Source: Meyerozyma guilliermondii (taxonomy: Eukaryota). From it: 64,000 nt of DNA. The position numbers and the translations under genes were made by a program. The notes beneath the pieces were generated by a model that was not told where the DNA came from, did not search any database, and saw only the letters and a program-made list of their open reading frames with translations. The stretch spans positions 1,550,001-1,614,000 of the forward strand of contig CP128816.1 of assembly GCA_051546255.1 (NCBI GenBank), given 5' to 3'. This document shows, piece after piece, positions 11,751 through 22,349 of the stretch; within the stretch, counting starts at the first letter, position 1; each line of letters begins with the position of its first letter.

Positions 11751-13358
11751 ATGGCTCCCCTAGAGACACCCAAGTCTCCATCGCGATCAACGCGAAATAT
11801 AGACCCACCAAGAGTGGATGAGGCACCATCTTTACCGTCAATGTCTCCTCGAAGGCGAACGCAGAAACCCATATTCAGCGATAGATACATTCCCAACCGA
11901 ACTGGAGTCGATCTTCAGGCTGCTTTCAGTCTTTCATCTCAGGAAGTTCTTCCAGATTTACGACGGCGAGGGGATGCGGACAATGAGATCCAAATCCGCA
12001 AAGAAGAAGAAGCCAATCGAACGTTCTCTACCGTGCTCAAGGCGGAATTGTTCGGCGACAATGTACCGATGGCAACTGCCAACTTGGCTTCCCCCAGAGC
12101 GAAAAAACCACCAAGTAGTAATAGTCTCAGTGATCCAGACTCATCAACTCCTTCCAATTCAGGGTCGGCACCTTCATCAAGTAACGGCCGAGATCGTACC
12201 CCGCCCCGTTCTGCCAATCACGACGACATAACAAGCACTCCGCGCCAATCTACCAACCTATTCACGTATCAATCACCCAAAAAGTCCCGTCCAATATCTC
12301 GTGATTTGCAAAATGAGCTCTACTCACTTTCTCCAGTACGACAAGATTCGCAGAAACTCTTACTTCTGCCACAAAAAAAGCCTAGAAACATTTCCAAAGT
12401 CCCCTACCGAGTGCTAGATGCGCCAGAACTACTGGACGACTTCTACCTCAATCTTGTCGACTGGGGTCAGCAGGATATATTGGCTGTTGGCCTAGGTGAT
12501 AGTGTGTATCTCTGGGACGGTGCAACCCAGTCCGTGGACCGGTTGTGCAATCTTTCCAACAAGGATAAGGTAACCAGCATCAATTGGATTGGTTCTGGCA
12601 CCCATCTTGCCATTGGCACTCTGCAAGGTCTTGTTGAAATTTGGGATGCAACAAAGATGAAATGCGTACGGACTATGACGGGCCACAGTCTTCGTGTGAG
12701 CTCGCTTTCGTGGAATGAGCATATCTTGTCTAGTGGTCTGAGAGACCGCAGCATACTCAATCGTGACGTACGAGTCGAGAGTCATTATATCAACAAGTTT
12801 GAGCATCACAAGCTGGAAGTTTGCGGGCTTCGATGGAATGTTGATGAGAACAAATTGGCATCGGGAGGAAATGACAACCGAGTTTTCGTATGGGATGGAC
12901 TCAACACTACCCCAGTACATGAGTTTTCAGAGCATGTTGCTGCTGTGAAGGCACTTGCATGGTCTCCTCATCAAAGAGGAATCCTTGCTTCAGGTGGTGG
13001 AACTACCGACAAAACCATCAAGGTTTGGAACACTTTGACAGGGTCGAAAGTGCAAGATGTAAATACTGGTTCCCAAGTGTGTAATCTCATCTGGCTGCGT
13101 AGCCTGAATGAGTTGGTGTCTACCCATGGATATTCACGATATCAAATAGTTGTGTGGAAGTATCCGTCAATGCAACAGATAGCTCAATTGACTGGACATA
13201 CAAGTCGAGTCCACTATCTCTCGCTTTCTCCTGATGGCGAGACCATTGTGACTGGTGCTGGTGATGAAACGCTTCGGTTTTGGAACGTTTTTGAGAAGAA
13301 TCGCAATGATGAACCACCATCCTCGGTGTTGTTGGATGCGTTTAGTCAATTGAGATGA
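11751..13358 (+). CDS. CDH1: APC/C activator Cdh1 (WD40)
   Basis: C-box DRYIPNR, VLDAPE..DDFYLNLVDW, GDETLRFW, C-terminal LR (IR-tail equivalent). Confidence 0.95.
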   Translation: MAPLETPKSPSRSTRNIDPPRVDEAPSLPSMSPRRRTQKPIFSDRYIPNRTGVDLQAAFSLSSQEVLPDLRRRGDADNEIQIRKEEEANRTFSTVLKAELFGDNVPMATANLASPRAKKPPSSNSLSDPDSSTPSNSGSAPSSSNGRDRTPPRSANHDDITSTPRQSTNLFTYQSPKKSRPISRDLQNELYSLSPVRQDSQKLLLLPQKKPRNISKVPYRVLDAPELLDDFYLNLVDWGQQDILAVGLGDSVYLWDGATQSVDRLCNLSNKDKVTSINWIGSGTHLAIGTLQGLVEIWDATKMKCVRTMTGHSLRVSSLSWNEHILSSGLRDRSILNRDVRVESHYINKFEHHKLEVCGLRWNVDENKLASGGNDNRVFVWDGLNTTPVHEFSEHVAAVKALAWSPHQRGILASGGGTTDKTIKVWNTLTGSKVQDVNTGSQVCNLIWLRSLNELVSTHGYSRYQIVVWKYPSMQQIAQLTGHTSRVHYLSLSPDGETIVTGAGDETLRFWNVFEKNRNDEPPSSVLLDAFSQLR

Positions 13359-13749
13359 GGCCGGAAGAAGCTGAAGATACTACTGCGAGACTACTACTTT
13401 TCAAGTGGCTCTACAGGTGGTTACAGGTGGTTCTACGTGTTGCTTGAATACACTTTGGTGCCGCTCTGTATAGCTCTCTGCAATCGGTAAGTCTAGAAGT
13501 GCTCGGAAATTGTACACGAGCTCTCTTTTGCCCGGTGCCACTCTTATGTACGTTCTTAACTTGGTCCTGGACCAGCTACTGTATATTATGTGTACCAGAA
13601 ATGTATACTACTATCGCCGTGCAGCCTCTTCTCGGTGCCGCTTACTGCCAAATCAGGATGGCTGCGGAACCCGACTGCATGTACTGATTACTCATGAGGC
13701 ACCTTAAAAGGGCCGCTTTCGCACCCGCCGCCAAAAACATATAACCATC

Positions 13750-15213
13750 ATGGCCGTTTCCAAAGACCTTTCCCATCACCTTTCCGAAGAAGCCCGTTCT
13801 CGTAAGAACTCGCCATTGAAGTCTGCTTTCAAATATTACAAGCAACCAGGAATGACCTTTTTGGGTGGAGGTTTACCTCGTAGTGACTATTTCCCATACT
13901 CCAAGGTGACGGCAGAAATTCCTTCTGCTCCGTTTGCGGAAGGTGTGGCTGCTCCCCTCACGGAGTCCAACAAAACTGTGCTCGAAGTCAACAAAGATGC
14001 AAGTTTGAATGGTGAAAATGAGATAGAACTTGCCCGTTCTTTACAATACGGTTACACCGAAGGTCAACCAGAACTTGTCGAGTTCTTGAAAGAACACACA
14101 AAGACTATCCATAAGGTGCCATATGATGACTGGTCTGTAATCTTGTCAATTGGAAACACCCAATCGTGGGATGCTACCTTAAGAACATTTGCTACTCGTG
14201 GTGACTCCATTCTTGTCGAAGAGTACTCGTTCAGTTCAGCATTGGAAACTGTCCACGCTCAGGGTATCAACACGATTCCAGTAGCTATGGATGCTGAGGG
14301 AATCTTGCCAGAAGCATTGGAGAAAATGTTGGATCAATGGGTTGGTCCTAAGCCAAAACTCTTGTACACTATTTCCACCGGTCAAAACCCTACAGGATCT
14401 TGTTTGAGTGCCGACCGTAGACGCGCTGTCTACAAGTTGGCTCAGAAACACGATTTTATCATTGTTGAGGATGAACCCTACTACTTTTTGCAAATGGAGA
14501 CATACACCACCGATAAGGCCCAACGTGCTTCTAGACACGTTCACAGCCACGAGGAGTTTGTCAAAGCTTTGGTACCTTCTTTCCTTTCCATGGATACAGA
14601 AGGTAGAGTCATACGTCTTGATTCTGTTTCCAAGGTTTTGGCACCTGGTCTTAGACTCGGATGGATTGTTGGCCAGGAACGTCTTTTGGAAAGATTTGTG
14701 CGTCTTCACGAGGTATCGATTCAATGTCCTTCCGGCCTCAGTCTGTCGCTCATTAACTCGTTGTTGCAGAAATGGGGACAAAGCGGCTACATGGACTGGC
14801 TCATGGGTATCAGAAGTGAATATACCCACAATAGAGATGTTGCCATTGATGCCGTGAACGATTTCTTCCCCAAGGAAGTGACCAGCTTCATTCCTCCCGT
14901 TGCTGGTATGTTTTTCACCGTCACTTTCGATGCATCAAAGCATCCTAAATTCAAAGAGCTTGATGAAGATCCTCTTAAGGTCGAGACTGCAATTTACAAC
15001 CAGGGCTTACTGCAGGGTTGTTTGATGATTCCTGGCTCGTGGTTCAAAGCCGATGGTACGTCTAACCCTCCCCAACCACCTCTTCCAGAGAACAAAGATG
15101 CTAAGAATTTGATCTTTTTCAGAGGTACTTATGCTGCGGTTGCGCTTGACGAGTTGCGCAGTGGGTTGGAGAAGTTTGCCAAAGGAGTCAGAGTAGAGTA
15201 TGGTTTAGAATAG
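13750..15213 (+). CDS. ARO8: Aromatic / 2-aminoadipate aminotransferase
   Basis: FLGGGLP, SLQYG, GQNPTG, EDEPYYFLQ, DSVSKVLAPGLRLGW (PLP lysine). Confidence 0.92.
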   Translation: MAVSKDLSHHLSEEARSRKNSPLKSAFKYYKQPGMTFLGGGLPRSDYFPYSKVTAEIPSAPFAEGVAAPLTESNKTVLEVNKDASLNGENEIELARSLQYGYTEGQPELVEFLKEHTKTIHKVPYDDWSVILSIGNTQSWDATLRTFATRGDSILVEEYSFSSALETVHAQGINTIPVAMDAEGILPEALEKMLDQWVGPKPKLLYTISTGQNPTGSCLSADRRRAVYKLAQKHDFIIVEDEPYYFLQMETYTTDKAQRASRHVHSHEEFVKALVPSFLSMDTEGRVIRLDSVSKVLAPGLRLGWIVGQERLLERFVRLHEVSIQCPSGLSLSLINSLLQKWGQSGYMDWLMGIRSEYTHNRDVAIDAVNDFFPKEVTSFIPPVAGMFFTVTFDASKHPKFKELDEDPLKVETAIYNQGLLQGCLMIPGSWFKADGTSNPPQPPLPENKDAKNLIFFRGTYAAVALDELRSGLEKFAKGVRVEYGLE

Positions 15214-15363
15214 AGTATCGGAAAGAATATAATAGAAATCCAATTTCCGTAATGAACTGGTTTATAAACAAATTAATTTGAAAACCGATCAATGGACCTG
15301 AGTTCGCATCGCTTACCCCAGCTATCTTCAAATTCAAATCTCACTGCGCGAAGTTTATATTTA

Positions 15364-18198
15364 ATGCATATATTGAAGCTTCCATGGCTAGGGCACAGAG
15401 GTATGTAAAGGTCAACTTGAAGGGAGCTCGCTACTAACACAGTGGACAATCGGAAAATTGAGTGTTTTGCAGTGTCGGTGAATTATGATGGCACAAGATT
15501 GGCTTCTGGTGGACTCGATGGAAATGTCAAAGTTTGGGACACAGGTTCAATTTCCGCCACATTGAAGGAAAATAATGAACCCAATACTGAGTCAGTGGGT
15601 CTCAGTAAGCCACTAAAGCGTCCTTTGTGTACTGTTAGTCGTCATAATGGAGCTGTAACATGTGTCAAATTCTCACCTGATGGTCGATACTTGGCTACTG
15701 GATCCGACGATAAAATTGTTTTAATATGGGAACGAGATCTACAAGCACGCCCCAAGCAATTTGGCGACACGGAAGCCGACCTTGAGCATTGGACGGTTCG
15801 AAAAAGACTCGTAGCTCACGATAATGACGTCCAAGATATGTGCTGGTCGCCCGATGGGTCATTGTTGGTGTCAGTAGGACTCGATAGACTGATTATAATT
15901 TGGAGCGGAGTTACGTTTGAGCGTATTAAGCGCTATGACATTCACCAGTCGATGGTAAAGGGAGTCGTATTTGATCCTGCTAACAAGTTTTTTGCAACTG
16001 CTTCCGACGATAGAAGCGTACGTATATTTCGCTACTACAGAAAGCAGAGTGAGAATAGCTACGAGTTTCAGATGGAGCATGTGGTGATGGAGCCATTTCG
16101 AAAATCTCCCTTGACATCTTACTTTCGGCGTATGACTTGGTCCCCGGATGGACAACATATTGCCGTACCCAATGCTACCAATGGTCCCGTAACATCTGTG
16201 GCAGTCATAAATCGAGGTGATTGGGGGACAGATCTCTCGTTAATTGGTCATGAAGCGCCTTGTGAGGTGTGTTCTTTTGCACCCAGACTTTTTAACACTG
16301 ATGTTAAGAACGATAATAATTCAAATGTTTCAACTATATTGGCTACTGGTGGCCAGGATCGTACCCTAGCAATCTGGAGTACAGCTACAAGCAAGCCTTT
16401 GGTTGTGGCTCAGAATATTGTTCAAGATCCAATCACTGATATGTGTTGGTCGCCCACGGCTGATACATTATACGTTAGCTCGCTTGACGGGGCAATCACC
16501 TGTATTGTGTTCGACAAGAATGAACTAGGAATTGTCGCAGGAACAGACGTCAACTTGTCTCAATTGCATCGATATGGAGGAGATCGTGAATCGGCTATAC
16601 TTCCAGAAACTGTTGAGCAGCTCCTTTTGGAAGAAAAGGCAACACCATTGACCGACAAGAAAAAGGTTCTCCCAGCTAATAATGTATTCTCTGGCCAGAG
16701 GATCACCCCTGAATCTACTGTGGCTACCTCTTCGACTCCCAAAAAGGATCTTGAAGCTGTTTCAACCAGACTAAACTTGCAGTCTCAGAAGGTGACCACA
16801 AAAGATGGAAAGAAAAGGGTCGCTCCTCTACTTGTTTCGTCGTCGAACAATGGCTCCACTTTACCCGCTACCACTCCTGTGCTCTCGTTGGATCGCAAAA
16901 GAAACACTAGGATTTCTCGACCCAATTACTCAATGCCAAGATTGGGAGTACAGTCTGCTATTCATGGTTTACGCTCCAGAAGCAACAAGTTGCATGAAGA
17001 GGCGCGGGATTTTGAAGATCAGGACAATGACAATGAGGACATGGCACTTGGAATAGAGGCTCTGACGGACAATCAGACAAACATATCTGCAGCATCTGTC
17101 AAACGACAAAAGAGCAAAATGAGACGCATTGTCAACGAACGAAGGTATCCATACTCACTACGTAACATCTCTCTGTTGCCAGAAGTCCTCTTCAATAATC
17201 ATGGTGCGATGAATGCAAAAGTGAGTAAATTCGTTGGTCTTGGGTTTGAAGAATCTCACCAAAATCCTTCAGGTGAGTATCTTACGAGCAGTGCTATAGA
17301 AGTGCTAGACGACGAATTTTTCTTTGAGGTTGTTGTGAGAACATTTCAGGTAAATCGCATAGTTGACGGGGAAAAGGTCCAAGACTCGGTCACCATCGAA
17401 GTACGCAATGGTGCGTCTTGGCCACAAGATGATGAAAATCCCATTGAGGAGAACAATCGGGTAGACTTTCAGGACCCTACCATAGTAAGTGTGACTTCAA
17501 ACTTGAACTTGAAGGACCGTTTGTTTCAACTCTATTACCCATTTAAGGTACAGCATGTTGTACCGCTCGTTGGACTGCAAGAGACCTTTATCTTGCTTGC
17601 TTCACTTCAAGGCACAGTTCATATAATATCGTATCCCTCAGGACGGAACATTTGTGCTCCAATAGAACTTGCAGAAACCATTCTTCTGGTTCAATTCAAA
17701 AACTGTCATTTGATGGTGCTTACGTGCTCCGGGTTGTTATATGTGTGGAAACTTATTAATGGCAAATTGCATGGCGTTATCACTCGAGTGTCGATAGCCA
17801 CAATACTAAATTGCCAAGTTACACTTCCAGCAATTACTGGTGACAAACGGCCAAGAAAGAGTGCTGATGTGCCGCAAGTTACAACTCTGTCGATCAAGTG
17901 TCTCGAGCTTGGAGAAGACGGAATGCCTTATGTGCTTCTTGAAGATGATAGTACAGTCTACAAATACTGTGCAAACCTTATGGTTTGGACAAAAGTAGTA
18001 GAACCATGGTACTTCCATGTGGTCAATGAGATTGAAAATGTACCATTTTCCACTCGTGGATTTCTTCTTGTTAATGGGTTTAACAATTTCAAGAATTCCA
18101 TCATTGCCGGATCTAACAAGCGCTATGTCTTTGATGAGAGCACTGAAACCTTACAAACTGTCATGAAGCAGCGATACCAAGAGCAACTAGACTTATAA
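15364..18198 (+). CDS. HIR1: HIRA histone chaperone subunit, 2 exons: 15364-15400, 15443-18198 (930 aa)
   Basis: Spliced N-terminus MHILKLPWLGH; WD40 repeats, SPLTSYFRR, B-domain TKDGKKRVAPL. Confidence 0.92.
15401..15442 (+). other. 42-nt spliceosomal intron in HIR1
   Basis: GTATGT ... TACTAAC (15432-15438) ... CAG; phase 1, in frame after removal. Confidence 0.9.
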
Positions 18199-18212
18199 AT
18201 GCATTATTATAT

Positions 18213-18815
18213 TTACAATTGTTGAGGCAGCTTTTTAGCAAGTACTGGCTTGGGTACCGCCTTTTCAAATGGAAACATAAACAAAAAAGTGAGCGACGAC
18301 GCTACGGCGCCAGCAGCCATCATCCACACTGTCAAGCTAACACCTCCAGTGACAGTGAATGGAAGTGCTATTGACCATTCGAGTGCACGAGGAAGAATTC
18401 CTGGAGGAAAATAGAAGAGAACCACACTCCTGTACCATACTCTGAAAAACCAAATAGGAATCGATGTCAAAATAGCTATCAAGTATCCTGTAAATGTATT
18501 CACCTTTACTTTATCGAGATCAACTTCTTTTTGCAATTGTTCGATTTCTGCCACTAATTTGTCATGTTGACGATTCAATTTCGTCCATTTGGCATACTGA
18601 TCTTGAGCACTGACAGCTCTTCTTTCCCCTGCCACGGTTCGAAGTTGGCTAGATTTTTGTGACATCGAGGCAAGTTTTGAATGGCCAAATTTCGGAGCTA
18701 CTCTACAGTAAAGTACCCATGATATCGACTCTATAGACTGTTTCCCAACAGCACTTATGATCTGCTTGACTATCTGGATCACAAATATGAATAATAGCAA
18801 GGTATAGGGTTCCAT
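18213..18815 (-). CDS. GET1: GET complex subunit Get1 (200 aa)
   Basis: N-terminal TM, SAQDQYAKWTKLNR coiled coil, two further TMs; start at MEPYTLLL. Confidence 0.92.
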   Translation of the reverse strand: MEPYTLLLFIFVIQIVKQIISAVGKQSIESISWVLYCRVAPKFGHSKLASMSQKSSQLRTVAGERRAVSAQDQYAKWTKLNRQHDKLVAEIEQLQKEVDLDKVKVNTFTGYLIAILTSIPIWFFRVWYRSVVLFYFPPGILPRALEWSIALPFTVTGGVSLTVWMMAAGAVASSLTFLFMFPFEKAVPKPVLAKKLPQQL

Positions 18816-18980
18816 CTTGATTAGCCTCAGTCGATCAAATTCAACCGCACTAATCTCGCGCTGGTCAAAAAATTCCTGTACACGGCGTGGGTGGCTATAG
18901 ATTTGTGCGTTTTCAGTGGATGAGCTCAAGGAGTCCCCTCGGAGAACAGCACATAAAAACAGCATTTGGTGATCGATCTG

Positions 18981-19823
18981 ATGTCTAGCGAACCGGAGGA
19001 GGACTATGTTCCATGGATACAACAATTCTGTGAGCTTTTTGGCCACGATTACTTCGTACTGGTGTCTCACGAATTTATAGAAGATGACTTCAATTTGACC
19101 GGTTTGTCTCTGCAAGTTCCCTACTACCGAGAGGCACTTTACACAATTCTTGACTACCAGGTCGATACCATGGAGGATAATGGAAGCGCTAGCAACAACA
19201 ATGGCTCATCTGGCTCGCTGCCATCGAAAGCAGACCTCCCCAACAAGGCACTTCTTGCTCATAGTGCTGAGCTTCTATATGGGTTGATACATGCCCGCTA
19301 CATCATTTCCAAGCAGGGACTCACGGCTATGGCTACCAAGTTTGAACGGAACGAATTTGGGTCGTGTCCTCGATATTACTGTGATGGAATGCATTTGATA
19401 CCGGTCGGATCAACCGATGTTCCTGGCCAGGAAACTGTACGACTCTACTGTCCTTGCTGTAACGACATCTATTTACCACTGAACTCACGCTACTTGAACA
19501 TAGACGGCGCTTTTTTCGGCACCACCTTCCCTGGGCTCCTCGTAAAGATGTTCCCGGAAATAGAAAACCAGTGTCGAATTCGCATTCAAAAGGCCAAGAA
19601 AGAAGACTTTGGTATCCGTTTATTTGGGTTCAAAATCAGCGAACTCAGCGCTAGCGGGCCAAGAATGAAATGGCTTAGGCAGCACCCAATACTGGAGGAA
19701 GAACAAAAAGAATTCGAGAATTGTCAATTCGGAATGCCATTGGAATATCGGGCTTCGTTGGCGGTGGATGAAGCGCCGGATTTGGATGAAGACGATGACA
19801 AAACAATGGCCAGCGAAAGCTAG
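18981..19823 (+). CDS. CKB1: Casein kinase II beta subunit
   Basis: WIQQFCELFGH, LYGLIHARYI, CPRYYC...CPCC zinc ribbon, DGAFFGTTF; acidic insert typical of Ckb1. Confidence 0.95.
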   Translation: MSSEPEEDYVPWIQQFCELFGHDYFVLVSHEFIEDDFNLTGLSLQVPYYREALYTILDYQVDTMEDNGSASNNNGSSGSLPSKADLPNKALLAHSAELLYGLIHARYIISKQGLTAMATKFERNEFGSCPRYYCDGMHLIPVGSTDVPGQETVRLYCPCCNDIYLPLNSRYLNIDGAFFGTTFPGLLVKMFPEIENQCRIRIQKAKKEDFGIRLFGFKISELSASGPRMKWLRQHPILEEEQKEFENCQFGMPLEYRASLAVDEAPDLDEDDDKTMASES

Positions 19824-19865
19824 AAAGTATGGAGGCTCGTGTAATGTGTATAGTAGAATAATTAT

Positions 19866-20603
19866 CTAATGAGTGAGGTGTACAGGCTTTCCTGGCTCCC
19901 AGTCTCTGATTGCTTGCTGAATGTTGACCCAGTACTTGAGCTTGATAGCCTCCATCATCACCAGGTTCCAATTCAATGGCTCATGCTTGAGTAGATTGTT
20001 GATTGTCTCTTCACTGGCATGAATTCTTTCGTCGTTTTCTTGAGAAAGGGTATCCAAATCTGTTTCCAGAGTGGCCATTTCCAATTGCTCGTGTGCTTCA
20101 AGCACATTCATTAGCATCTCCTTGTATTCCAATGAAGATTCTGGCAGCGCCGTTTGGAACTGTGCGATAAGGTCTTTTGCTACTTCGTCTCTCGTGATAT
20201 CTGGGTGCTCGGGGTGGTTCAATTCCACGATGTGAGCAATGCGGGAGTACGGGTTCTTCAATGTGGAGTAAGCCCGGTTTAAAAGAGCTGAAAACTTATC
20301 ATCGGCCCGTTCGGTGCCATCACTATCCGACACATTTTTGTTTTCGTTCAAAACAGATGATCCCAAGATGATATCAGGGTGGTTCTCGCTCTGAAGAGTC
20401 CTGAACTCTCGTCTTAACGACTTTGTATCGACGAAAAATGATCCATTTGGAGGAGCTCCATGTGGAAAAGTCCGGGGTAGAAGGTCGAAATACGACTTGA
20501 CAACTTTTTGATTGTTCCAAGTCCTTGTAGAGGAGTGGAATAGTGAAGCTGTGTCTCTCCTGGTTCCCAAGAGATTGCGTATGATAACAGTCTTACGGAA
20601 CAT
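19866..20603 (-). CDS. JAC1: Mitochondrial J-protein co-chaperone for Fe-S assembly (HscB)
   Basis: HPD motif, LNRAYSTLKNPYSR, LKYWVNI, ends WEPGKPVHLTH. Confidence 0.92.
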   Translation of the reverse strand: MFRKTVIIRNLLGTRRDTASLFHSSTRTWNNQKVVKSYFDLLPRTFPHGAPPNGSFFVDTKSLRREFRTLQSENHPDIILGSSVLNENKNVSDSDGTERADDKFSALLNRAYSTLKNPYSRIAHIVELNHPEHPDITRDEVAKDLIAQFQTALPESSLEYKEMLMNVLEAHEQLEMATLETDLDTLSQENDERIHASEETINNLLKHEPLNWNLVMMEAIKLKYWVNIQQAIRDWEPGKPVHLTH

Positions 20604-20719
20604 TGCCGTTAGTCACTTTGGAATGCTGGGGATATTACAGGCAGGAGAGATCATCGCATTTGCGATGACGTAAGGTACAACTTGAAATACAATAGATTCA
20701 AGTTCTGCGCAAACCAAGC

Positions 20720-21457
20720 ATGCTAGAGCTACTAGATGAAGAATCCACGACGGTAACACCCCAGGTTAGCAAGCCAGTGTTTCGTCAACGTAAAACCTTG
20801 GGAAAAAAGCGACAAAGAGATGATGATAAAAATGATATAGAAGAAACTAGTGGCAAAGAACCACCTGAAAATATGGCTTATGATGCTCTGGAGCGGAAAC
20901 AACGCAAGTTTGGTACTCAAGAGGCTACCACAGTTCAGAAACAAGTGACAAAAGATGATAAAAGTGAAAAGAGTAAGAAAATTGAAGATGGTTCGGCCAA
21001 AGAAGACGAAGAAGACGAAGCTTACAAATCCGAAAAGAACGTTCAAAAGCTGAAATCTTTCGCTAAGGCACCCCCTGCTTCCATCAGGACCGTCACAATT
21101 ACAGATTTCCAGCCAGATGTGTGCAAAGATTTTCTTCAAACCGGCTACTGTGGCTACGGCGATACTTGTAAGTTCCTTCACATTCGAGACGAACTGCGAG
21201 CCAAAGCTCCCATTCTGAAGGACTGGAAATTGGATGAAAAATCAGAACCAGAAACCATACCCTTTAAATGCGTTCTTTGCAAAAAGGACTATAAACGTCC
21301 TGTCAAGACTGAGTGCGGCCATATATTCTGTCAGTCCTGTTTTATGGACCGTTATAAACACAAAAAGCCCAATTGCTACATATGTGGACGAGATACAGGG
21401 GGTGTATGTACTCCGGTCCAGCAAAAGGAACTCGAAAAGCTTTTGGCTCCTCGATAG
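20720..21457 (+). CDS. CWC24: Splicing factor Cwc24 (CCCH + RING)
   Basis: DFQPDVCKDFLQTGYCGYGDTCKFLH followed by a C3HC4 RING (IPFKCVLC...CGH.FC..C...C..C). Confidence 0.95.
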   Translation: MLELLDEESTTVTPQVSKPVFRQRKTLGKKRQRDDDKNDIEETSGKEPPENMAYDALERKQRKFGTQEATTVQKQVTKDDKSEKSKKIEDGSAKEDEEDEAYKSEKNVQKLKSFAKAPPASIRTVTITDFQPDVCKDFLQTGYCGYGDTCKFLHIRDELRAKAPILKDWKLDEKSEPETIPFKCVLCKKDYKRPVKTECGHIFCQSCFMDRYKHKKPNCYICGRDTGGVCTPVQQKELEKLLAPR

Positions 21458-21573
21458 CCGATATTGCCGGAACCCTTCCTGTACAGGCCGGTATATGCTC
21501 CTGTAGATAAGCGGCATTTGTCACTGGATTCCAACCAGGCTTGCTTGACTTGCTTGCGTGGTTTACTGCCATA

Positions 21574-22266
21574 ATGTCGCAGATTCAGGAGCAGCTCGAA
21601 GGCATACCCGGCTATGATATTTTCATGGACAAGTACAACGAATATGCCGAAGAACATTTCAATATGAAGAATCCGTTTGAAGATGAAGATGGTAATCGGC
21701 TACGGCTCCCGAAAGACTTTTGTACGAAGAAAGAGCACCAGTTATGGAGAAGAGTTCAGAAAGCAGCATGGCAGCATGATAAGTGCTTTTTGGGGCTGTG
21801 TGGAGTCGGCATGGACTGTGGGTTAGGGCTTGTACCGTTAGTGGTTTTCTTGATCCCTGGTTTGGGACCGTTGATTATGTATGGAATTCATGCTCGACTC
21901 ATCCATATCGTTACCAACGAAATGCCGGTGCCAAATAAACTTGTTGCCAAGCTTGAATCGCAAATATTATTCGATTTGTTGATCTCACTTCCACCTTTAA
22001 TAGGAGGATTTTTATCGTGGCTCAACGGATGTTCCACCCGAAATGCCTCCTTGTACTATAACTTTTTTACGCAATTGGCGAAAGAAAGAAAAGAAAACAA
22101 AACTGCCATGTATATTGGAACTACCAATAACCCACGAGAGCCTGATATACAGAGCCCTGCCATCGATTACACTTACGTCAATCCCCAGCCACAAAAAAAG
22201 AAACTAGGCCGCCAGAAGCAACAACAGGACATAGTCATAGGCCAGCAGCAGTCTGGTTGGGTTTAG
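21574..22266 (+). CDS. DUF4112-like membrane protein (YLR326W-like)
   Basis: NPFED, IPGLGP and two hydrophobic segments; neighbours match the S. cerevisiae YLR323C-327C block. ATG 21574. Confidence 0.7.
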   Translation: MSQIQEQLEGIPGYDIFMDKYNEYAEEHFNMKNPFEDEDGNRLRLPKDFCTKKEHQLWRRVQKAAWQHDKCFLGLCGVGMDCGLGLVPLVVFLIPGLGPLIMYGIHARLIHIVTNEMPVPNKLVAKLESQILFDLLISLPPLIGGFLSWLNGCSTRNASLYYNFFTQLAKERKENKTAMYIGTTNNPREPDIQSPAIDYTYVNPQPQKKKLGRQKQQQDIVIGQQQSGWV

Positions 22267-22349
22267 CTTGCATATATATTTCACCTTTAATTCAACGTCC
22301 TGTATTTATCACCAACTACCCGCGCAGCCTGCAACAGAACACGCAACTC

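Noticed and set aside
18816..19115. 100-aa N-terminal extension of GET1 overlapping CKB1
   Set aside because: Begins at a non-ATG codon; Get1 similarity starts at ATG 18815.
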